DNA of 64,000 nt, taken from contig CDMY01000393.1 of the NCBI GenBank assembly GCA_001179505.1, forward strand, positions 1 through 64,000, given 5' to 3'. The position numbers and the translations under genes are program-made. The notes beneath the pieces are model-generated. The model did no database searches. It was not told where the DNA came from and saw only the letters and a list, made by a program, of their open reading frames with translations. Numbering within the stretch: the stretch's first letter is position 1; each line of letters begins with the position of its first letter. This stretch comes from Vitrella brassicaformis CCMP3155. Its lineage: Eukaryota; Protista; Chromerida. This document shows, in pieces, positions 12,692-23,229 of this stretch.

Positions 12692-15298
12692 CTCAGGCAG
12701 GCAGGCAGGCACATACCATGGGCACATATGTAGCGAGACCTGATGCGGCAATCGGAAACCGTTTTATGGGTGCGTGTGTGCGAATGCGCGTGTGCGGTGT
12801 TGACCGGTGGTTTTTCGGTCGTGTTCATGTGGTTCCTGTCCGCAATTCACTGAGGTGCGTACGTCCTCACAAGACTCTGACACGAACTTTCCACGGCTTG
12901 AGAGAGGCGGCATCGGATGGTGCTCCAAACACGTGAGGCCACACAAAACATGCCATGACTGCATCGCATCTCCTTGCGGCAGTTGGCGGAGCTCGAGACG
13001 CCCACGGCGATGAATTCGATCATGCCCCCGTCTCTCGTTCGGCGGTCGAACTCATCTGCGTGTGCAGGACGGGCCTTTGAGAGCGTCCAGGGGCAGGTGT
13101 AAGAGGGCCTGCCCCATCCTTTCCCTGCCGCAAGCCCGTGGACAGGGCCCCACATGCATTGCCGCGTTTGAGACGATTGTGTGGCCTGAATGGATGAATG
13201 GATGGCAGAAACCCGTCTGCAGTGACGTCTCGAGTGATGTCACACACACAGTCGGTGAATTGCGTGGCTCTAGCCACTCACAATGTGCACGCAGATGCCA
13301 GTGTACTGCTAGGGGAAAGCTGACTTCGGAGGGAGAAGTCCCCCCCACTCGGGATGCCCCGCTTCTCTTCTCGCCGTCCGTGCCGTGTGTGTAATGTGCA
13401 TTGCCACGCTTGGTGCATGAATTCATTGTTGCCGTGGCTATCCATTCATTAGTCGCTGGTCTAGAGTCGGCAATGTACTCGAAGAATAATGGGGGGAACA
13501 CAATCCCAGGAAGCATCCGACACAAACCAAACATCGTTCCCAAGCAAATCCCTCACGGCCGGTCCTGGCATGCGTACATGTGCATCTGCTCCCCTACGGC
13601 CACTGTCCTGCGCCCTGCTTTCTCCCGGCTATCCCCCCTGATGATCCTGACCATTCTCTGCCCCAGTGGTCTCTGCCTTCGCGTCTTGCACGCCCTGGCA
13701 ATCAATTCATTCATCGTTGCACGAGAAACGATGGGTGAGCAGCGATATATATGCCTCTGGGTCAGTCAGTACTCAGTGCATTCAGTGCAAAGCGAAGCGT
13801 GAGTACGTGCACATTGCCGGAAGAACGATGAGTGGGTGGGTGGTGGAACCAGCTCCATGTCTCTCGTGCATGCAACCAATTGCAGGTAACCCGTCGTCGT
13901 ACTCAAATGGTTCGTATAGGGTTTGTATCAGGGCTCTTGCATCCAAAGAGCAGCGAGACCGATTGACTACAGCACTCACTCCAGCACACTGTTCTCCGCT
14001 AGAAGTTATGATGATGATTGATGTGTAACGATGCGCCGGGAGCCACACACGCGTTGGTCAACGGAACGAACAAGCACGAACAGTCGATCATGATGATGTA
14101 CATGTAATGATAACGAGCTACAGACACTCAAATGAACAAACGATGCTAATGAGCAGCACACGTGAATGCAATGGACATGCACAGACATGCAGACTGACAG
14201 ACAGACAGACAGCCAACCAGCACGGCGCATACATCCAGGCCAATCAACACACAGTATCTCCACACGCCTGCTCACAGGGGGCACCCTCAGACGTCATGAG
14301 GCGTCTTATCTCACTGACAACACCAGCACTGCTGCTGAATTTCACTGTCATGTCTCACAGAGAGGCTAAGGCTGCCCTGCTCTCCTCTCAACACATCCCG
14401 CTCTCCTGGACACTTCTCCTGGCCACGTTGGGGCTTCAGATTTCTGCATGTCCTCGCACTTCTGGCTCGTCGGAGCTAACAAATATTGGCTCGGCCCTGC
14501 CTTGCAAGTCAAGCCGCGCCTCTGTGCGCGATGATGAGTGATCACATCTGCTTCATCTTGTCATCTGCACACCATCCACTGCCATGTACATATCGTCGTC
14601 TGCTGCTTTGCACTGTGCTGCTGATAGCTGCTGAATTGTTCGCAACGGCGAGCTGCCCTGGCAAATTCTGCCTCGTCGGAGCCAACAAACCATGGCTCGG
14701 CCCTGCCCTGCAGTGTCGAGGATCTGGTCCTCTGCACCCATCCACTGCCATTACACATGCTGTCATCTGATGCTGTACAAGTCTGCTGCGGAGAGACGGG
14801 GGCGCGAAAAAAAAGGATATCGCTAATTGAATTCGGAGGGAGGGAGCGGTTTCACGGAATATGAAATCTGCGAGCTAAGCCGAATTTCGTGTTCTCCCAA
14901 AGCTTCCTTCTCCTTCTCCTCTGTCTTCTGTGTGTGTCTTTCAGGCTGCCGTCACCGCTGCAAGGGAAGCGTCGGTGTCATTGAGATTGCGCCACTCTCC
15001 TGCACCGAAGCGGCTGCGTCCTGCGCCAGATCTACCCCTCACAACGCTGCCTATGATGGCGGAGAGGCCGCTCTGATGGAGCGGGAGGAGGCGACCTTCT
15101 CGGCTTTTTTCGCCAGTTCAAAGCAGGTGGTTTGGCCGCCTGTTCCGCGCCATCATCCCTTTCCAGATTGAGATCACTTTCAGCAACCGCGCGATCATCC
15201 GCGCGGGCGATCGCGACGCTGTCGTGAAAAGGAGAAATTCAAGCGCGTGCAGCGACGACGACAACGACTTCACGCCGCTGAGCAGCCGCATCGACACC

Positions 15299-17658
15299 AT
15301 GGGCTGCTGCTGTGCGAGATTGGGCCACGGCCCAGCAGGTGAGGTGGACGGGAATGAATTGGGAAGGCCTTGGGCGATGTCAGTGAGTGCTTCTGGTGTC
15401 AGAGAGAAGCAGACAGATGCGTGGACATCCTGAGATAGCTACATGACAATGTGGTGATACAGGTGTATCACCTTCGTGTTTCTCTCGGTGTCTGTCTACA
15501 GATGAGGAGGCGAGGCGCAGAAGACTGGCGGAGGAGAGCGCCACGGGAGAGGTCGCTGCGGCACAGGTAACAGGGATGCCGAGGGGGAGATGTTGCACTC
15601 ATCGGTTGATGCCATGTTCTTTCTCTTGTTCAACAGACGTCTGCGATGGGCGAGGAGGCCACCACTGACAACACCAACACCAACACACAGGTACCCAAAC
15701 AAAGACCACATAGATACACATAGATACGTCCTCACCTTGCAGATGAGTGGTTAGTCGTATCTCTGTGTGTGGCAGGGGGCTGCGCCCGAGAGGGAGGCCA
15801 CGATGGAGATGGGCGCCCATCGTGACGAGGAGGGGGAAGGGGGGGATGGGCAGGGGACGGCGGTGCAGCAGGAGGCGGGCCACCAGCGTGAGATGGACAG
15901 GTCCATGTCCACCCTGGTGCCCGCCATCGAGCTGACACTGGAGAGAGAGAGGGACAGGGACAGGGAGAGGGAGGCCATGCCGGTGAGGCCTCGCGGCACA
16001 CCCACACGAGAGGGCCAGGTACACAGCACACCACTGGTAGAACAGACCTGCATGTACATCCAATCGTCACCTTATCTCTGTCTGTCCATGTGTGTTGTGT
16101 ATGCAGGAGCTGCTCGCCCTCAGCGGCACGGAGGGGGAGGACATGCTCGCCGCCGCGGCCGAGACCGCATCCTCCTTCGTGTCCAAGGCCATCGACAACT
16201 CGCTCCAGTTTCTGGACGACACCGACGAGGCCGTAAGCGAAGAAAACGCCATCAATGGAGAGATACATCAACACATTGGGGTGCCTGTTGTGATGTGGTG
16301 AATGTCAGATTGAGGGCAAGAAGAAATGCCGCACCGCAGTCCAGCTGGCCGTTGACGGCTACCGGCAGCAGATCGACGACATGCGGGCGACCAAGGGCGG
16401 CTACCGGAAGAAGCGGGAAGCCATCCGGGAGCGGGAGCAGCGGATGAGGGAGCGCCAGGTCGAGATCGACGCGCTCGACAAGGACATCCGTAAGCGGGGC
16501 GCAGACAAAGCGGGTATACACAAAACAATGTGATCATTCCGTATCCGTTTTGCTTCAGAGCTGCTCCAAGCCCGGATCACCGCCCGCCCGCAGTCCCCCA
16601 GCCAGTCGCCCAGACAGTCGCCCAGCCAGTCGGCCGGCCAGTCGCCCACTCAGCCACCCGCTCAGCCCACCCCAGACACGACGCCCAGACCCCCCACGAG
16701 AGCGCCACAAGGGCGACGGCAGAGCAAGAGCGCCGCTGCAGCCGCTGCAGAGGAGGCCATGGACGAGGCGGCCAGGGCGGACCGACAGCAGGCGACAGAC
16801 GACGCGTTGCTGTTCTTCATGCTGGATGGCCACCTCGTGCCGCAGGAGGACGAGGAGCGACTGCGGCCCCGCTACGAGGCCATCACAAGGGGGAGACGGG
16901 AGACTGCACCTGGTGCTGGTGCGGACGTCGCCCCTGACGTCGCCCCTCCTCCCTCCCAAGACACCCCGACCACACCAGACGCGGCAGCGAGTGTGGCAGC
17001 AGCAGTAGCAGCCCCATCACAACCAGCAGATGAGCCGTCGAGTGGCGATGAGGGCGGCGACGACCTTGGCGACGAAGAGGACCTCCGTCGTCCTGTCAGG
17101 GCGCGCCGCGGGGCGGCAGGGGAGAGGAAGGGCGGCGTGCGGCTGTATCAGCCGGTCGGCTCATCAATATGGCGCCCGCGGCCTGTGACGGACTTCCCCT
17201 CTCCGTCCGGCCGTCGTGGTGCGACAATGACGAGAAGCCGAGCGCCGTGTGGATGCTGCCCCCCTCCGACGGCCGGCGGTGGCGTCCCCATGCGGCGAGA
17301 TGTGGTCCAGGTACAACAGGTGTACCTGGACCGCATTCTCGCCGACGTCGAGAGGGCCGCCGACGCTCCCTCGCCCTCCAGCTCGTCGTCCGCCCCACCA
17401 GACCCGCACATCACGTTCGTCCTGGACAACGACCATGGCCGTTTCATCACCGGCCTACAGCACGCCATCGGGCAGGCCCGCACCGCTGATGGCGACTGGA
17501 CGGGGGCGGGCGAGGACGTGGGGTGCATGTGGGGGGATGTGGTGGTCAAGGTGGATGGGCGGTTGGTGGGGGGGCGGGAGTGGTATCAGGGCAAACTGAT
17601 CGACTCGGTGCACTGCAGGGATCTGTGCGTGTTTTGGCTGAGCCGGGTTGATCGCTGA
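15299..17658 (+). CDS. Unknown protein with N-terminal MGCCC acylation motif, coiled coil and low-complexity regions (7 exons)
   Basis: Splice phases checked: MGCCCARLGHGPA|DEEARRRRL..|TSAMG..|GAAPE..|ELLALS..|IEGKKK..YRQQIDDM..REQRMRERQVEIDALDKDIRKR..|ELLQAR.. to the stop at 17658. Confidence 0.7.
16591..16650 (+). repeat. 12-bp coding tandem repeat x5 (QSPS QSPR QSPS QSAG QSPT)
   Basis: Units cagtcccccagc / cagtcgcccaga / cagtcgcccagc / cagtcggccggc / cagtcgcccact. Confidence 0.9.
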
Positions 17659-18590
17659 TTGCATGTGGGGAAGGGGAGGGCGGAGGGAGGGAGGGAGGGA
17701 GGGCGGAGCCGTGTTGTGTTGAGGGAGGTCGCCGCGTCGACTCAATGTGCCATTTTCTGTGTGTTGGTGTGAAAGGGAGGGAGAGGGAGAGAAAGAAGAA
17801 GGGAAGAAGGGGGAAGGGGCAAAGGAAGCGAGGAATGGAGGGATCCCTGGGTCGAGCGGGGTGCTATTTTTTCTGTGTCGTGGTGTGACGGACGTGTGCA
17901 GCAGTTCCTATGCACTGTCACATGAGTTTGGTGTCGTTGATGCATAAAGACTGAGAGAACTGACCTGTCTATGGACATTCGTCACTAAGTGATGTGTCCT
18001 CCCTCGTATGCGCACCGACGTGCTGCACAAGATGGACTGAACTCAGAGAGCAAACCTGACTGAGTACTAGACAGCTGTGTATTTGGAGTGCTTCATCGCG
18101 CCTGATGCATTGTGGTGATGTGTGTCGTTCCGTGAGTGTATGGTGCACGTGTGCCGTGGCTGCGTGTGCGTGTCAGACAGACACAACTGGTAGGTAGAGA
18201 TTCCTTGATCATGGGTCAAGTCAGTCCATCGTATCAACCACAAACACACGCAAACATCATTGAAACATGTACCGACGCACTCAGGCACTGATGCAGGAGA
18301 CTCGTTCGGCGCGTGTTAAATCAATGCGCATGGATGGATGGATGGATGGATGGATGGATTCTCCGCTCGAAATCAGTGACACGCGCATGCGCATGGAAGG
18401 CCGCTTTCTGCACCACCAGCGCGGAACGGAAAACCAGACACTCTTGTACGGGAAACCAGCAGCTGCCGCTACTTGCTGCCTCTGAGGCGGGCGGCAACAA
18501 GTAGCTGCCTCTGAGGACAGCCACCGAGCAGACGCAACCCCACCAGCAGCACTAACGGCCAAGTAAGTACACCCTGTAAACGCCCCACAG

Positions 18591-19249
18591 ATGCTCGCCG
18601 GTAAGAGAGGTTTGAAGCGCATCATGTGCCGCGGATGTTGGTGTGTGCTCCGTGTCAGGCGACAGTGCGTCCCCCGTTCGTCGCCAGCTTCCATCCCGCA
18701 CCACGGCTGCTGCTCGGAGTGTGATGTCGACTGTGATAAGCCCCCGCCAGTGACGACGACACCCAGCCCCACGCCCACGGCCGCACTTCTCCCCTGCGGC
18801 TGGACCTGCCACACACCTGACCCGTTGAGCCTCTGTGAGGACAGAGCCCTCCAGGCGTGGCGATTCGCCTGTGACGAGATCTGCGCAACGGCCGGGGAAT
18901 CTGGGCATTGCCCCCATCAGCCGAGGTGCACAGGCAACATGAAGAGTGCAGCAACATGCCGTCCGGCAGCTGTGCGGCCCGGTGCTACGACGGGCACACG
19001 AATATGCCGTATTGCTTCTGCCTGCCCGATGGCAATCTGACCACGGCCCCAAGCTTTATCGATGGCACTTTGCTCACGGCTGCTGCACGGCAAATCCTGG
19101 CGAATGTGGGAGTTGGCCGGAGTGATAACGCTTCGTTACTGCAGTGCATTTGTCTTTGTCTCTCTTGGGGGAGAGGGCGGGGGGGAGGGGCTGTCATCAA
19201 TCCAGTGTTTTCTCTTCCTGCACATACTCGTGTCAATCTGACGCAATGA
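18591..19249 (+). pseudogene. Cysteine-rich coding remnant in two overlapping frames
   Basis: CCSECDVDCD..PCGWTC..LCE..ACDEIC lies in one frame and ECSNMPSGSCAARCYDGHTNMPYCFC in another. No intron joining them was found. Confidence 0.35.
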
Positions 19250-19729
19250 ATGGCTGACAGATGGCGCTGTCTGTTCTCTCTGCCCTGCAGTTGCGTGTGT
19301 TTTGGTTGGTATCGGATAAGTGTCTGTCTGTCTGTCTGTTATGTGCATGCCACCTAGTCACTTCCTGCTGTGTGTGAGCTGATCGTGTGCACACAAGAAG
19401 TAGACTTGGCGCATAGAAGGGTGTGTCTGTATGTGTGTAATGAGCAGACGCGTGCATTGAGTCAGGCAATGCACAATGCACATGGACAAGTTGGTGCATG
19501 TGTGTGCACGTATATGTGATGGCGGCCATTGAGGGGCAGACCCATGGATACGTCTACCTCTGCCTCTGTGAGTGTGGGGAGACGTGATTCGACATATAAA
19601 TCGACTTACTTTTGGACGGCAAGCCCGGCAGTACACACGTCATTTTCGTCTGTATGTATGTTTCCGCTGCACGCACCAAGTTGTGTCGCGTGCGCAGCGA
19701 TCTCAATTGAGCAGTGTGAGCGAAAAGCA

Positions 19730-21745
19730 GGCACTGTCATGACGGCATGCACAGACGACAGCAAGTCAGCCAGTCACGCCGACAGCACACATGTCCGCAA
19801 TAGGTGAGCCAGCAGGGCATTGTTCATCCGACACACCACAGCATCACACTGATGTTTCTCTCGCCCCTCCCTCTTCTCTCTCCCCGGCTGGCTGCGAATT
19901 GAAAAGCAAAACGATCGATCGACTCCCACCTTAGGCACGACCAAATGATACTTACGACTCGTCACTCAGTCACTCACACTCATGAATTTTCGCGTGTGTG
20001 GCTGAGGTCGCCATGGGCAGACAGACCACGCACTCAGCCAACCGCCGTGCATTGCATCCACGCTCACGTGTACATCATTACGCATCCCCGCCCTCTCCTA
20101 CCACACGACGACAAGGCCAAGAGCTACACCTCATACGCGCCTATTGCGAGGGCAACAGAAAAAGCAAGGAGAAGGTTCTCTCCGAAATCGACAATGAATA
20201 AAACATGTCCACGCATCTCTCAATCGAGTCAATCAATGTGTTCCCTGGCAGGCAGGGGTAAGATTGGGGGAAGGTGGAGGGGGAAGGGGGGAAAGGGGCG
20301 CAGGGCAGGGTGTTGCGGGCTGCGATTGAGTCTCCTCATCCAGATACAGCACGTCCAGCACCTTGCTCGGCAACTCAGGGCTGCACAGAGAGAGAGAAAA
20401 GGTAGACGAAATATGTGCGTTTGAAATGAGAGAGAGAGAGAGAGAGAGAGAAGGTAGACGAAATATGTGCGTTTGAAATGCATATCGATCTGCCTGCTGT
20501 TGTCGGCTACTGCTCACCTGGTGTTATATGCCCACGACACTAGATACACCGGCTTGCGATCGATAGGTGAGTTCTTAAGGATATCCAAAACAATCTCAAA
20601 GTCACCATCGCCGGCCACCAGGACAAGAGCATGTACAGCTCTCTCCAGCTCTCGCCTCTGCAGCTCCATGGCAATCTTGACGTCACCGCCCCGCTGCTTC
20701 AACGAGTACTCATAGCAGAATTTGCATTGCGATGGCTTCAACCTGCGGAAGGTAAACAGAAAAAGCTCTTAGGACTCATTGTCGATACGTCGATGTGTTT
20801 TCTCCTTTGTGCATGCTCCTCCCACTCAATGACTGCTCACATACTTCGTTTCGAAGACGCTGTAGCGTTTTCTCTTCAGCGCCTCGTGAAAATGCCACAG
20901 CTCCTTTTTGGTAGCACTGCTGAGCTCGGTTGGATCGGTGCTCACGTACAGGCAGTGAAAAGGACTTACATGTAAGCCCCACTTGGTCTCGATCTTCCTC
21001 ACAAGGACTTCAAAGTCCTTCACTCTAGGGGCTCTCCAGTAGTGGCCCTTGAATGTGCGATACCAGTAACCGCCATCCACAACGAGCGATGCGAGCGATG
21101 CGAGCGATGCATTGGGAAGGAAAAACGTGTCGGTTTTGATGGCGTTAGGTGTGTTGGGCTCGCTGCGCGCGCGCTGTGATGGTAAGTGAGGCGATTGACT
21201 GCACATAGAATACGAGGAAACAGGGGGATCCATTTGATAAGTAGTTGTATGTGTGTGCATACCTAGTCAAATGGCCATTCGGCGGAAGGGGCAAGAAGGG
21301 ACCAGTCATTTGACGAGCACTGCACACAGACGCGAACAAATAGCATTCATCTGCAAGACGACTGGAACGAAGTGTACTTCGGTCATACGTACTCGCTGGG
21401 CGTAGGGTGCTGCGCAAAGACATGAGGGCTTGGCACGCCGCTGTTTGGTGGAACTCAAGTCGTTTCAAGCCTGAAAGAGCGTTACATACATCCGTGGACA
21501 CGCGAATCGTCTCGTGGCATTTACCTGTCAATTCGGAGCTCGTAGGACGCGATATCTTCCTGCATGCCAATGACACACTTGAACGAATCTTGGCATATCA
21601 ACCAGACACGTAATCACGTGCACAACTAACCTTTCAGTTGAAAGCGGGGGCACCACACTTCGATCCGACGCCTGCGACTGCGGAGAGGCCTGCGGCCCAC
21701 AGGCAAGCATCTTGTGAGCACTGCACAAACGCAATGCACACAAAG
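19730..21745. repeat. Segmental duplication, copy A (~2 kb; partner about 23230-25160)
   Basis: Shared colinear blocks include cagtcacgccgacagcacacatg, gctgcgaattgaaaag.aaaacgatcgatcgactc, gggcgcagggcagggtgttgcgggctgcgattgagtctcc and gggcaccacactt.gatccgacgcctg.gac. Confidence 0.9.
20233..21700 (-). CDS. NYN-domain (PIN-like, LabA/DUF88-type) putative ribonuclease, copy A; 5' end uncertain
   Basis: Spliced motifs VVDGGYWY (Asp at 21075-21077), CKFCYEYSLKQRGGDVKIAM, ALVLVAGDGDF (20598-20612) and VYLVSWAYNTSPELPSKVLDVLYLD follow the NYN pattern DxxN..KGVD..SGDGDF..S..L...D. Confidence 0.8.
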
Positions 21746-21769
21746 ATGTAAGCCTGCAACCACCATTCT

Positions 21770-22950
21770 TCTTCGCTGGCCAGCCACCTCTCTTGCTCTT
21801 CCACGTCGTCAGCTGCGCTCACATATGCTCCATCGGCATTATGTCCATGCGATTCCTCATGCTCGGTCGATGCAGCACACGGAGGCGGCCGCAGGTCGGA
21901 AACCGAAGGAGGGGGTGCATGTCCACGAGCCTCCTCGTGACCAGTGGATGAAGCATAGGGAGGGGGCAGCGGGCTGGACAGCGAATGAAGAGGACCACCC
22001 TTCGTATCTCCAGTCTCGGTCCCTGTGAATGGATCAGTGCCAAACAAGGGAGTCACCAGACGGGCAGGGCCAAGGGATGGCTGCTGTGCCGAAGTAGACC
22101 TGGACGAAGAAAGTCCCTCAACGAGAGAAGTGGCATCTGCATCATGACCACGCGCCTTCTGGTCATCATGGGATGCAGCAGGGAGAGGCGGCACCGGGCT
22201 GGAAATTGAGCGGGGAGAAGCGTCGATCGTGTGTCCGTTGTCCGTCCCCGAGGGAGTGTCCTCGCAAGGAAAAGAGGAGGGGGCAGGGTCAGGCTGCTGG
22301 GCTGAAGACGATGAAGAAGGTCTCTCAACGAGAACGCTAAGGACAACTAATGAAGAGAAATAACGGCTGATGATGACGCATCGCTTTGTTTCTCTGCTTG
22401 TTCCTACCTTGCATTGGTTTCTTCCGTCGCACCGCTACCCTCCGCTGCCGTTCGATTCATGCCCATTCGGAGTTCGCGCTTGGTAAAATGCGTGTTTCCC
22501 GCCTCTCCCACATCAGGAAAGCTCGTACGATAGCCTTCAGGGTTTTGTTGTGGTTGAGGACGTGCCCGAGAGGGTGGTGCGGAGTGAGCATGCGGCAGTG
22601 GCGCTTGTGCTTGTCGTGGGTCATTCCGGGTCCGACTGAAGAGTTCCACTTCCGCTTCAGAGTGTGCGTATGGGCAGGATCCTGGAACACAACACACCGA
22701 CAGTAAAGGAGAGCATGCAAGGAGATCACCATCTCTTTCCTCTGCTTACTCCAAGTGCAGTCGCGCCAGGGCACGGTTGGGGGATTCCTGCGTGAGGCCA
22801 ATTGCAGCTTTCGCCACCCCAACAATGCCCCTGCAGACAAGCAAACAAAGGATCAATTTGCCAGAAGAACGAGCAGGAGCTGAATGCGAACCCGTCGCCA
22901 GTAGCAGCAAGTCTTCCTGGGCCAGACGCCTGTTCAAATAGACACACACA
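21770..22950 (-). CDS. Low-complexity repeat-containing exons and CCCH-like remnants, possibly the 5' part of NYN copy A
   Basis: Open frames carry ~70-aa repeats ending in HDDQKARGH / GHEEARGH / EHEESHGH, plus CLQGHCWGGESCNWPH and SCPYAHSEAE segments. The connection to the NYN exons is not resolved. Confidence 0.4.
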
Positions 22951-23229
22951 CACACACACACACACGCACGCACACACACGCACACAGCGGGTGAACGAGG
23001 TGCTTGTTTGTCCGATGGGGTGTGTCAAAAAGACGCGCTCTCTCGCTCTCACCTTCTCGCGACATCCGAGGCAAAGATCTGTCAGGATCCCGTCATCCTC
23101 CTCCTTCCTCAGTCATGATCGCGTCAAAGTGCCGTGATGCTGCTTTGTGTTTTGCAGTACTCCGTGAAACTGCTTTGTGACCGTTGCTTCACGCAGGGAT
23201 CGGAATGATCATGCACACGAACGCTCATG

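Noticed and set aside
12900-14050. Possible small exons downstream of HEATR5
   Set aside because: I could not build a phase-consistent gene model or recognise a family.
14802-14809. E2F-like site GCGCGAAA upstream of the MGCCC gene
   Set aside because: A single 8-mer is expected by chance in 64 kb.
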